DNA of 63,649 nucleotides, filler included, from Reticulomyxa filosa (lineage: Eukaryota > Protista > Foraminifera): the NCBI GenBank assembly GCA_000512085.1. It is 16 parts of 16 records of this genome, joined end to end, with 100 filler letters (N's around TTAATTAATTAA, not from the genome) between each part and the next. Parts side by side here need not be neighbours in the genome. Positions count along the whole stretch, not along the records: positions 43,334 to 45,262 come from ASPP01022195.1; positions 45,363 to 49,524 come from ASPP01003625.1; positions 49,625 to 52,004 come from ASPP01037512.1; positions 52,105 to 53,773 come from ASPP01018745.1; positions 53,874 to 55,319 come from ASPP01048628.1; 11 more parts are not named here. The stretch is one strand, 5' to 3'. The notes below the pieces were generated by a model that had not been told where the DNA came from, ran no database searches, and saw nothing but the letters and a program-made list of their open reading frames with translations. Shown here piece after piece: positions 43,537 to 54,707 of the stretch (position 1 is the first letter of the stretch; every line of letters begins with the position of its first letter). Both the position numbers and the translations under genes were made by a program.

Positions 43537-44030
43537 ATGGAAAAAAAAGAACAAGTATCATCGTTATCGTGTACAATAAACATCCATTGATATTATTGAC
43601 AGGAGAATAAAATATGAACAACTACCATATTTGAAAAATGCAAAACAAGATCTTTATTTATTACAAACATTATTTCAAAATAAATTTGGTTATCAAGTAT
43701 TTAATACTTATGATTTGCAAAATCCAGTTACTGAATTACTTACTTTAATGGATTGAATGAATTTATTTTGAAGCATTGCTTAACTTTGGTTGATAATTTC
43801 AAAACAAAAATAATAATATTCTTATGATGGATTGATATTTGCATGGTATGGTTATGGCAATTTTGATATTAATGAAGGAGATACAGTGATCACAAGTGAT
43901 AATAAGATTAAATATATTAAAGACATTCAAAATATGTTTGTAAAACAAATTGAACATTTTGTGGGAAAACCAAAGATATTTATAAATATTGTAACCAAAA
44001 GACAAGAAGATCAAAATAAAAAATATCAAA
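43537..44030 (+). pseudogene. Caspase-like (peptidase C14 fold) pseudogene
   Basis: Across frameshifts: PLILLTG..Y..LPYLKNAKQDLYLLQTLFQNKFGYQV ... YDGLIFAWYGYG (His site GHG -> GYG) ... TSD ... FVGKPKIFINI (caspase GKPKIFI motif, no ACRG after it). Confidence 0.7.
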
Positions 44031-44881
44031 CAAATTGTGGTATAATCAAGATACAGATATATTTAATATCTGTATTTCTTGACAATACAGAAAGTAACAA
44101 AAAAAGTATACAAATCAGTCTTGTTATATATTGAAAAAAAATGATTTCTAAGTTAAATCAACTTCAATTTACACTTCCATACACAAAAATATTTACTTTC
44201 CTATTACTTTAAATTGGAGATTCTAGTATATAATTCAAGTTTTTAAAGATTGATACCTTTCACATATAAAATCGCTTTTTGTTTTTAAAATACTGATCAA
44301 ATATAAGGTTTTTGCATATTCCCACTCACTGGGCTCGTTTTCGTCAAACAAAAAAACAAGATTTTTCAGAGAAAATGTAATTTAAACATTCTCTTTTCTT
44401 GTGAATTGATATTAGTGAATGTGTATAGCATTTGATAAAAATGGGCAAGGAAGAGTAAACAATGAATGTCAAAACCAGAAAGCAAAAAGGTCAAATGAAT
44501 CGGTGATCAAAGTGCAGTTTTGAGAGCCAAGTCCGCTTTCAAAAGCACAAAAAACGGAACTGAAGGGAAAGCGTTACAAGAAAAAAACAAGAGCTTGCTT
44601 AGAGCATAAACCCACTACATAACGCAAGCTCCATAGCATCGCAAAACCAAGACGTTAAAAACATGACAAAAAAGAAAAGATGATAAGGAGAAAAACTGAT
44701 CTTACCAAATAAATTAAAAAAATCAGCAACAACAACAACAACATCAAAAATAAAATAAAAACAAAAAAAAATGAAATAAAAAGAAAAGAAGGAAAAGCTG
44801 ACAAGGCTTCAAATTTGAGTTTTTTCCCCACGTGCTTGCCTCTCTTTCTTTCTCTTATTTTCGGAAACTCGAAAGTGTTAT

Positions 44882-45262
44882 TCATGTAAAAGGCAAAAAC
44901 AGTGCAAACAACATGGTACCGAGAACGGTGTAAGAAATAAAGTACAAGGAGATCCACGACGAGCGGTGGCGCGTTTGAAATTTGGAGGACTGCGACTCCA
45001 GTATGCGCTCAGCACAATACCAATAAAAAATGGGACAAGTGCTACATATCAATCGTGTGCTGACTTGCACGTGCAAGATGAGCACGCAAACCATCCATAA
45101 AAGAAACCAGTAAACTAAATGAGGCACTAATTTGAGGTAAAAAATAATGAGTGCCGATTTATCGCATCCACTCTTATCGTCACAATTGTTGCACAAAGTC
45201 TCCATTGATTGAAGAGCATGCCCATCACAATACTGATGTCGATGATGATGACGATGATGATG
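44882..45262 (-). CDS. PIGV: GPI mannosyltransferase 2 (PIG-V/Gpi18), C-terminal part
   Basis: LHVQVSTRLICSTCPIFYW and terminal YFISYTVLGTMLFALFLPFT* match the PIG-V motifs HVQxxTR...PxxYW and FLP(W/F)T-end. Confidence 0.82.
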   Translation of the reverse strand, partial: HHHRHHHRHQYCDGHALQSMETLCNNCDDKSGCDKSALIIFYLKLVPHLVYWFLLWMVCVLILHVQVSTRLICSTCPIFYWYCAERILESQSSKFQTRHRSSWISLYFISYTVLGTMLFALFLPFT

Positions 45263-45362
45263 NNNNNNNNNNNNNNNNNNNNNNNNNNNNNNNNNNNNNN
45301 NNNNNNTTAATTAATTAANNNNNNNNNNNNNNNNNNNNNNNNNNNNNNNNNNNNNNNNNNNN

Positions 45363-46429
45363 TATATATGTATATGTATAATGTTATCAAAACACAACAA
45401 CGAAATACATTCAATACTGTTACTATTGCGTTTATAAACAATGTTTGTTTACCAAAAAAAAAAAATTAGTTGCAGAGTATAAACACACTTTGGACTTGGC
45501 GTCCACAAACCTTGCGTTGGAGCGTCTTTGTTGTTGCTACAGTCTTCGTCAGCTTCTTCTTCTTCTTCTTCTTCAAATCGAGTAACCGGCTGAAAGATGT
45601 CCTCGTCCATGTCATCGAATAATGGCGCTTTTACTTCCTTTTCTATTTTACACTGCCTCTTCATTACTTTTTTTTTTTTTCTGCAATGCTCTCTATAAGT
45701 CGTCGTCGTCTTCATTATGTATTATGTTTTGCACAGGTTTCATAGAATTTGTCCTGATTCTATTTCATCAAAATATTTTCATTGTTTATTTGTGCAAACT
45801 GCTGCTCTATCCCCCTCTTTCGCTTGACAAACACAAACAAATTGCAAATTTGAACAAACCTGAAAAAAATATTGTCGATAATGTTGTCATCATTGCCAAT
45901 GCTCGGGAACTTGTCAAAGGTGTGCGCTTTGGAAATCAAGTCCCTAAAGCCGATCATCCTCACTCGGGGACTGCTCTTTGTCCACTTTCATGTCGCTGTT
46001 GTATCCGCTTTCTTTCCGAATGCGCAAGTACTCCATTAAATATTCCGCCGAAAATGTGCCCGGAGTGGAACTGTTCCAGGACACTTTTGGGAACAGGTGA
46101 TCCCGGATTGGTACTACTTCATGCATTGCATGGGCAACGACTTGGCAAAGTATGTCATGACGAAGACGATATACTTCGATCAGGTCTGGCCAGTACGTAT
46201 TGTACAAGCAAACATTTTCATTCAAAATATCGCCAAGCAATTGTCGATATTTTCTTTGTTTTGTCTTGTCCAAGGTGTTTTTCTTCTTGATTTTCTCGAT
46301 AATGGAATCGAGTCGGTCGGTGGGTGGTACACAGCCATTCCATAATTCCTTCCTTCGATAGATACGTACTAATTGCTGCTTCACTTGTACTTGTAATACT
46401 CTTCGCTCCCTTGCAACTAATTCTTTCAT
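45363..46429 (-). CDS. Hypothetical protein (161-aa ORF plus a downstream acidic exon; possibly disrupted)
   Basis: ATG-initiated ORF 45944-46429 with coding-like composition and a downstream acidic ORF 45449-45715; no family recognised. Confidence 0.4.
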
Positions 46430-48353
46430 CTATTTTCTTTGTTTTGATACTGTCCTTTGATAATATAAAAAGATTAAATATTTGAACTTTTCTTAACTTC
46501 AAAAAGATTGCTTTGTTGAAGTTAAAGATAAAATTTAACATTCTTTAAAGTATGTAGTAATTAAAAAATAAATACAAAAATAATAACATATAAACTCTTA
46601 TTTTCAATATTCTGCATAATAACAGCTCTTCACATGTAAAAAAAGTAAAAACTTTCATTATTTGCTATATCAAAAAAAAGTTCCAACAATTTTCTAAACT
46701 TTTCAAATACAATTTCTTTAATAAAATCTAATTTCAATCGTCAATAAACGAGATCATCCTTGATATATCTGAGGCGATCCCTGAAATTTTTTGAACATAC
46801 TCTTTTAACCACACTTGCACTTTTTTGTTGATAATTAAACAATTAAAAAATGTTTTCAATTTCTTTCAATTCTATTAAAAAAAGCGTTTATCAATTGAAA
46901 ATTGAAAGTTAAAAAAATAGTCTGATACTATCATATAACAACTTTTTTTCATTAAAAAAATTGCTCCAAAAAAAGTACTTAATTCTTTTCTAATGAGAGG
47001 TATTATTACATGTGGATGAGCGAGTTAGCTTTATCTTGTAATTACAAAACATTTCACTTTAATTTTACTAATGAAGCAATTATAACAATTTGTACTGATT
47101 TCTTTGACATATTTTCTGTCATTTTCATTTGTACGATTATTTTTGTCATTCTCTTGCATGCACCCCTTATATTTTAAATCGTCTGTTAAATACAATTTGA
47201 CATTTTTCTTTTTTTTCTATATTTGTACATGACAATAACATTTTCGAGTCATAAATTATATTTGAAATTTAGCTGGAGTTACTCCAAATAACGCACTACT
47301 ATCGACATTGTCATGAGATCTCTTCAGTTTTATCATGAATAGCTCTGCGAAAAGATTATCACTGCTAGTTACTCCTTTTTTTTGAATGTCAAGAAAAGAT
47401 AAGTTGAAATTTTTCTAAATTGTATTATTTTGAAATTTGATTTTGGAAAATATGTTTATTTTGTAAATAATTATTTTGACAAAATAAAGGAAGAAAACTG
47501 ACTCAGAATATTTTCAACACTTGTAAAGTGTGTTCTCCCCTTTTTTTCTTTTTTTTTTTTTTTAATACTCTAAGAACAAGAAATATTGTAAAGTTTATGT
47601 TTCTTTTTTTTTTTTTAGGTGATCAAGAAAAAGACTAGTGCCAAATTCCAGTTTTAAAGATTTAATGTCGGTTATAGATTGTGTCGTCATCTTTATCTTT
47701 ATTTCTCAATTAGGGTTGCTGCCTTAACCAAGACCACAAAGAGACGCCTAGATGCAGGGAATATTAAAAAATCAATTTGAATTTTTTTTAATAAAAAAAA
47801 ACCCTTGAACTTCTTTTGTCAAAGTCGTTTATTTTGCAAATGTTCTAACTTTGTTTGGTTTAATATTTTTTAATGTCATCTCTTTGAGCAGTAAACTTTA
47901 AAGGAATTTTGACAAAATTTTGTTAAATATGTGCATTCTCAAAAGCATTTGAAAAAGGATTAAAATAAGATAAGACAAGACTCGAAGGAGGGGGGAAAAT
48001 GAAATAAAAATTGAACAATATCTCATGTTTCTTTCATTCTGTTATAACATAAGTAAATTACATTAACGAAAAAGTTGACATTTTTTTAAATTACAAAAAT
48101 TCTTTCAATAATCTGCTTTTTATCAATTTACAAAAATCTGATGGAGGATCTTTTGAAGTTATTTCCTTTTTTTTGTTGTGAACAAAGATCAAACATCTTC
48201 TAGCTATTGATACTCATAGCAAACGAGGCAACTCACTAAAACCAATCTTGAAAATAAAAGCATTTGTATAAAGCTAAATAAATGTACAACTTTAGAAAAA
48301 AATAATATTTATTCAATTGAATTAGTCCAAAATACTACAAATCCAAAATATAG

Positions 48354-48424
48354 ACGCTCGACGCCAGGCTCAGAGTAGTCCCCACCACCATATACTATCC
48401 TACCTGGGCTTTCTCACACTTCCA
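48354..48424 (-). pseudogene. Possible degenerate 5S rRNA 3'-half fragment
   Basis: GC-rich island in AT-rich DNA. The minus strand reads GGAAGTGTGAGAAAGCCCAGGTAGGATAGTATATGGTGGTGGGGGACTACTCTGAGCCTGGCG, with hairpin GUGGU-GGGGG-ACUAC and CCAGG/CCUGG pairing as in 5S helices IV/V. The 5' half is not recognisable. Confidence 0.3.
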
Positions 48425-48785
48425 TAGTAAGAATTTGATAATTTTTTAAACTAATTCGCATGTTCCTCATCTTTATTTATGAGGCAGTTAAAAATGTTAA
48501 TATTGTCTAACTCCACTACCTGAAATATAATTTTATAGAAATTTAAACTTCATGTTTTGATTCGACTATTTTTATTCAATATAATTTTGAAATTTCTTAT
48601 CATTGTGATATTCGCATCTTCAAAAGGAAAAAATTGCCTTGTTTCAAATATTTATTTGAAATGAACAAAAAAATGCAGGCAAAAAGTCTGCTTTACAAAC
48701 AACTGAGCATTTTGTGTTTTATTCAAATTGTGAAATAAAACATGATTTAAAAAAAGGGTGCTGATTGCTTCAAAAAAAATAAAAA

Positions 48786-49041
48786 TTAAAAACACTTTCG
48801 TAAAATAGTATTTCCTTTACTTTCAGAAAATTCCATTTTATCAATTCAAAGTTTACGAAAGACTGGTAAAGAAGAAAGTATACTGCCTCCAATCAATACA
48901 CTATATTTTCTATCATTCGGAGCCTCTACATAAATACAAGATCTTGATTAAATGGAACAAGATTTTTAAGTTCTATTTAATACGTTCTTTCATATTTGGA
49001 AACAAAGTGTTTCCTCCAGATAGCACAATATTACCACATAT
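48786..49041 (-). pseudogene. Actin / actin-related protein C-terminal pseudogene fragment
   Basis: Manual translation: GNIVLSGGNTLFPNMKERIK / ELKNLVP / [46 protein letters not shown]. Actin has NIVLSGGTTMFPG...[45 protein letters not shown]. Two frameshifts and one stop. Confidence 0.9.
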
Positions 49042-49709
49042 CCAAACAAATAATTTTACTTGTTTTCATTTTGAAATAAACAGAAAGACTTTTAAAATAA
49101 AGTGAAAAATCATTTAAAAGAATGATTAATTTCATATTTTTAAAAAATTAAGTTTAAATGTTTGCTTTTCATAAATTAAAAAAAAGATGACACTAATCCT
49201 TAGCTGGATTTTTTTACTTTACCAAAAAAAAGACAACAAAAATACGTTACTTTGAAGTCCAAAACCAAATATGTTTAGTTTTCTATAGGATATAGTTTGT
49301 GTATCCAAATTTTTGTGTCGTCATAATTGTCAGTGGGCGATTCCAAACTTTTCCATCGCGTGCAAGGTGAAAGGACATACGTATAACCATTTTTTTTTAG
49401 CTAAAAAAAAAAGTGAGAAACATTAACAATCTTGTCGAACTTGCAAGAAATTGAAAGTGTACTCAATGATAATACTCCAAATTTGGACCAACTAAAAGCG
49501 AGTTCCAAACAGGTTGTGGATGGGNNNNNNNNNNNNNNNNNNNNNNNNNNNNNNNNNNNNNNNNNNNNTTAATTAATTAANNNNNNNNNNNNNNNNNNNN
49601 NNNNNNNNNNNNNNNNNNNNNNNNAATGGGCTAAAAAGTATATAGAAATAAGAAAACAGTTAAAAAAAGAAACGAACGAAGAGAAGCCAACAATGATGAC
49701 AATGACAGT

Positions 49710-50090
49710 CGTGATGATAAAATCATTTGTGTTGGGATATTGAAAGTAACCACAAATTTCGTCAATTCAATTAACACTAGTAGCGTCGTTGGAATTAAAT
49801 GATCAACATTTAATAATGGCCTATATTTATGTTCGCCTCACATAATAATAGTTTCCGTTTATGAGACATCAAAACATCTGAATTATTGTAATTGTGTTTT
49901 GTGTGAATAATAACAAGAATGATAATCAAACAGAAGGAATGTATGTGATAAAAAGATATTTTATGATTGAAAAATAAGAAAAAAAAGAATCAAAGCATGA
50001 TGAAATTACATTCAAGTGTGGCATCAAACTATATTTCAATTACAGTAACGATATGACCTGACATTCGAACTTTGAAATGCGATATGTATT
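49710..50090 (+). pseudogene. Heavily decayed WD40-repeat gene
   Basis: Fragments DDKIIC/WDIESNHKFRQFN*H, FNNGLYLCS/SHNNSFRL*DIKTSELL and DIRTLK keep the SxDxTIRLWD pattern with many stops. Confidence 0.55.
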
Positions 50091-50899
50091 CAAATAGCAA
50101 TAACATTACTTATCCAACGCAAATAATATCGAAAATTCTTTGTATTTGTACATTGTGCTGGTCTCTTTCACATTAGTCATTTCCAAGTAAAACAAAAGAT
50201 TTACGCTGTAATGACAACATAGCAAAGATTGCTATATTTTTGAGAAAGTGTTTGATTGAGCAATTCATTGCTGTAAATCTTTTCACCATGAAATGAGTGT
50301 TTCTTATGTGGTAGTGTTTAGATTCATTCTATCGATATATGTTTCAATGGATAGTTCGGATATTCCATCAATGATAAATCGTCCTTTCTAGGGAAATGTA
50401 CTCAGATATTTATGTTTGTCAATCAGTAGTACCACATCCTCTGAAAGCGCTTGTTTTGCATGTAATTGTTTATTTCTTTTTTGTTATGTAAAATGATTGC
50501 ACTCGAATTATGAATTTACAGTTACTAGGAGAAAATGCTGGAGATTTTATTGAGTTAATTGCACTAACGTGATAAAATGTTGACATTTTCAAAACTTCTT
50601 TTATTTTACAATAACATGAAAAGAAAATCAGCAGCTTGTTTTAAAAAATTTTCTCAACAAGTTTTGGCATTTCTTTGGATTTTCTTCTTGCTTTTGTTTA
50701 TTGTGAATTTTGGCATTAAACTTCTTCATTTCCAATTATTGCAGCTTGTTGTTTCTTTTGGAGACGCATTTCGAATGTTTCAATTTGGCAAAGCGTTCTC
50801 TTGATATTATTAATCTTACGTTAAATTTGAACTGCACTTTGTCATCTTTATACTTTCTGGTCGAACAAAAAATTAGTGACAAAGTATCTCTTATTATTT

Positions 50900-52004
50900 A
50901 CAGTTCCATCATGATCATTGTAATGCCAGTTGCTCAACTGCAATTGGATCCACTTGTTATCCAAAAAGTTGTTTTGTCATAAAAAAGTGGATCAATCCTT
51001 GCATTGATGCGATTTTTATTTTTGGACTTTTTGCTTCTTGGATGGTCACCATCTTTTCAGTTTCGACTTTAGGGCTGATTTTATCGATCGAGACAAACCA
51101 GTCATATCCTTTCGGAGTGTCAAAGTACTTTTTCCACACATACACACAATGCTGTTATGTCTATTTGGATCTCACCTGCAATTTCTTGGGGCGAAAAATT
51201 GACTTTACCAATAAATATCACTTTTCCTTTGTTGCCTGTCACTTGTAGTCCTCTTTAAAGTACGTCACTATAACCTAATTATATCTTTCAAAGATATATA
51301 TGACTCTTTTCGAATAAAATAGCCTTTTTTTAAAAGTGTTGCATTCCATTGAGTGACGTGTCATGATGTTGGCTCTGCTTGTGTAAACTCGGTCTTTCCC
51401 ATATACTTTACTATTTAATATATTTGGACTGATTTTGGTCCATCTTTTTTGATCTCTTTGTCTTCGTTGACGAGGTTTCAATATCCCATCGATCTCCGTT
51501 TTCACATTCCCCTTCACAGACTCAAAGGAAATAAGCAATCTTGTGACTATTGAGCGATCAATTATCCGACAAAATGCCAAACATTTCTCTGTCGTCAAAG
51601 TTGATCAACCCCCCTTGTACAAACACAACTTTACCAATATCGCTCGTGTCGAGAATGACTCCATCACGGCCGGGGCTTATTTGCGTCGCAGGTGGCACAT
51701 TCGAGGAGGGGGGGGAGGGTATTCAGTATTGTACTCGACTCGCACGTTTGATCATATTATTGATTTTCGACGGAAGGATAGTTGAGTTGAAAGGCCTCAA
51801 TCAAATCTTGCTTTGCGTTGCAAAATTTTAGATGAGATGCTTTGGCAACGTGGAAAAGCCTCGATGTGAATGAATATCGTAAAGTAAGAAGGGTCATTCA
51901 CTGTGCTGTCCGTGGCATCGGCCGAACAGTTTCACTCCAAGATAGTCTTTGTTGGTTTCGCTCAATTCGATCAAAGATCCCTCCCATATGATGGAGGATT
52001 GCAT
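50900..52004 (-). pseudogene. Unidentified degenerate coding region
   Basis: GC-richer coding-like DNA with short broken minus-strand ORFs (51275-51598, 50957-51145). Confidence 0.3.
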
Positions 52005-52104
52005 NNNNNNNNNNNNNNNNNNNNNNNNNNNNNNNNNNNNNNNNNNNNTTAATTAATTAANNNNNNNNNNNNNNNNNNNNNNNNNNNNNNNNNNNNNNNN
52101 NNNN

Positions 52105-52663
52105 CGCCATGCTGAAGGACTACAATCCAAAGAAGGCGCTGCAGCTGCTGAAGGAGGCCGGCTACAACGGCGAGCCGATCGTCGTCCTGCAGGCGACCGA
52201 CCACAACACCATCACACCGGCGACCCAGGTGCTCGTGCAGGCGATGCGCGAGGCCGGCATCAACGTCGATGCCCAGGCGATGGACTGGGGCACGGTGGTG
52301 ACGCGGCGCGCCAAGAAGGACCCGCCGGCGCAGGGCGGCTGGAACATCTTCGTCACGACCACCGGCGGCGTCGGGTCCTCGAATCCGGTCCTGCACACCT
52401 GGCTGGGTGCGGCCTGTGACAAGGGCCTGTTCGGCTGGCCGTGCGACGCCAAGATCGAGGAACTGCGCAACGCCTATGCCTTCGCGCAGACCGACGAGGA
52501 AAAGAAGAAGATCGCGACGGAACTGCAGACACGCGCCTTCGAGCAGGTCGTCTACATCCCGTTCGGCCAGTGGACGGTGCCGCTCGCCTACCGGGCCGAC
52601 CGTCTTGAGGGGATCGTCCCCAACACCGGCCTCGCCGTGCTCTGGAACATCAAGAAGAAATAG
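52105..52663 (+). CDS. Bacterial peptide ABC transporter substrate-binding protein (DppA/OppA, SBP family 5), 3' part
   Basis: GC-rich with bacterial codon usage; YNPKKALQLLKEAGYNGEPIV, GINVDAQAMDWGTVVTRR, WPCDAKIEELR, YIPFGQW. Confidence 0.93.
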
Positions 52664-52698
52664 ATGACCGATAGCGTAACGGGCGACGCGCCGACCGC

Positions 52699-53639
52699 AT
52701 GACCGCGTACATCGTGCGTCGCCTGTTCGCCACCCTGCCGGTCATGGCGGTGGTGGCGATCTTCGTCTTCTTTCTGATCCGGTTCGCACCGGGCGATCCC
52801 GCGGCGATCATCGCGGGCGAGGACGCGACGGCCGAGGCCATTGCGCAGGTCCGGATGAAGCTCGGCCTCGACCGGCCGGTGCTGGAGCAGTTCGCGATCT
52901 GGAGCCTGCAGCTGCTGCAGGGCGATCTCGGCATCTCGATCTTCTCGAACCTGCCGGTGACGCGGCTGATCGCCCAGCGGCTGGAGCCGACGCTGGCGCT
53001 CACGCTCTCGACGCTGTTCGTGGCGGTGGCGCTGGCCGTTCCCATCGGCGTGGTGGCCGCCTGGAAGGCGCGCAAGCTCGTCGATCGGCTGGTCATGGGC
53101 TTCGCCGTGCTGGGTTTCGCCATGCCGGTCTTCGTGCTGGCCTACATCCTCATCTATTTCTTCGCCGTGCAGTGGCGGCTCCTGCCGGTGCAGGGCTACG
53201 TGCCGATCCGCGAGGGATTCTGGCCTTTCGCCGAGAGCCTGATCCTGCCGTCGGTGGCGCTCGGGGTCACCTACATGGCGCTGATCGCCCGAATCACGCG
53301 CGCCTCGATGCTGGAGGTGCTGGCCCAGGACTATATCCGGACCGCCAACTCCAAGGGCCTCGCGACCGACCGGGTGCTGCTGCTGCATGCGTTGAAGAAC
53401 GCCGCGGTGCCCATCGTCACGGTGATCGGCATCGGCATCGCGTTGCTGATCTCCGGCGTCGTCATCACCGAAACGGTCTTCAACATCCCGGGGCTCGGCC
53501 GCCTCACCGTCGAGCGGTGCTGAAGCGCGACTATCCGGTGGTGCAGGGGCTGATCCTGGTGTTTGCCGGCGCCAAGGTGCTGGTGAACCTGGTCATCGAC
53601 ATTTCCTACGCCTTTCTCGATCCACGGATCCGGTACTGA
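52699..53639 (+). CDS. dppB: Bacterial peptide ABC transporter permease (DppB/OppB); 1-nt frameshift near 53514
   Basis: MTAYIVRRLF, PGDPA, LGLDRP, GDLGIS, EAA loop RASMLEVLAQDYIRTANSKGL...HALKNA, ITETVFNIPGLG. The C-terminus VLKRDYPVVQG...DISYAFLDPRIRY* is in another frame. Confidence 0.9.
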
Positions 53640-53642
53640 ACC

Positions 53643-53773
53643 ATGGCCGTGACCGCCGAAGACCTGCCCCCGACATCCGCCGGTTCTCCCTCTGGACGGC
53701 GGTGCGGCGCAATCCCACCATAGCGATCGGTGCCGTGCTGCTCGCCGCCCTGCTGGTGATCGCGATCTTCGCT
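53643..53773 (+). CDS. dppC: Bacterial peptide ABC transporter permease (DppC/OppC), N-terminal fragment
   Basis: ATG 3 nt after the dppB stop. Restoring one C in the C-run at about 53667-53671 gives ...SLWTAVRRNPTIAIGAVLLAALLVIAIFA, the OppC N-terminal RRNP-TM motif. Confidence 0.8.
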
Positions 53774-54707
53774 NNNNNNNNNNNNNNNNNNNNNNNNNNN
53801 NNNNNNNNNNNNNNNNNTTAATTAATTAANNNNNNNNNNNNNNNNNNNNNNNNNNNNNNNNNNNNNNNNNNNNATGTTATTTTATTTCAAATATGTATGC
53901 AAAACAAAGTCATTATTACTTAAATCTAAATATATATACATTATTGCTCTTTTGATAAGATAATAAACAGGTTTAAAGAAATAATAGAAAATATCAAAAT
54001 AACTTATAAAAGTGAAATAATTGTGATTGTCCTTTATCAAATAAAAATAAATTCTGAAATTTGGATAACTCCATAGCTTCATAAACATAAAAGAGAATAA
54101 ATATTTGAACCTTTATGCAAAAAGTAGTGTTGATGATTTTATATTTATTCTATCAAATAAAATAATTTATCCATCTTAAATGGAAAAAAATACTTTTAAC
54201 AAAAAAAGCACAAAGTTTTTGTTATTATTTGGTTTGAACAAAAAAAGAAAAAAATTTACATTTACAATATGATAAAAATGCAACCAAAAATTTTTTATAA
54301 AGTGATCTCATTGCATCATAAGAAACACTATGAATATACATAGAGTCATAATGGACTCAAGATTATGTCAATAATTTTTTTTTTTTCTCAATAATATCTT
54401 TATCCACCTTTAAGCTGTTTCAAACAGATAAGAAAAAAAAAAAAATTATCTATGTTTTTTCTTTTCTTTAAAAAAAAACATAGAGTCAAACATTGATTAA
54501 AAAAAAATAAAATAGCTAAACTGGAGCTTATGGCCAGCTGATTCATGATATCGTTGGTATTATTGCTGCTCCTCCGAAGACGACGAAGACAACGACGATG
54601 ATTGTGCTGTAGTTGATTTATATGTGAGATGATAATGAAGGGAGATGTGATCCATATATGCAAGGACAATGAATGAGAAGGAGGGAGGAGGAAGCATTAG
54701 TAAGATT

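Noticed and set aside
46735-46820. Minus-strand LKEYVQKISGI as a ubiquitin-like relic
   Set aside because: It is too short, and the following residues do not match the ubiquitin pattern.
52049-53639. Long antisense and alternative-frame ORFs (52049-52396, 52588-53388, 52650-53123, most of 53172-53639)
   Set aside because: These are shadow ORFs typical of high-GC DNA; the plus-strand dpp frames carry the conserved motifs.
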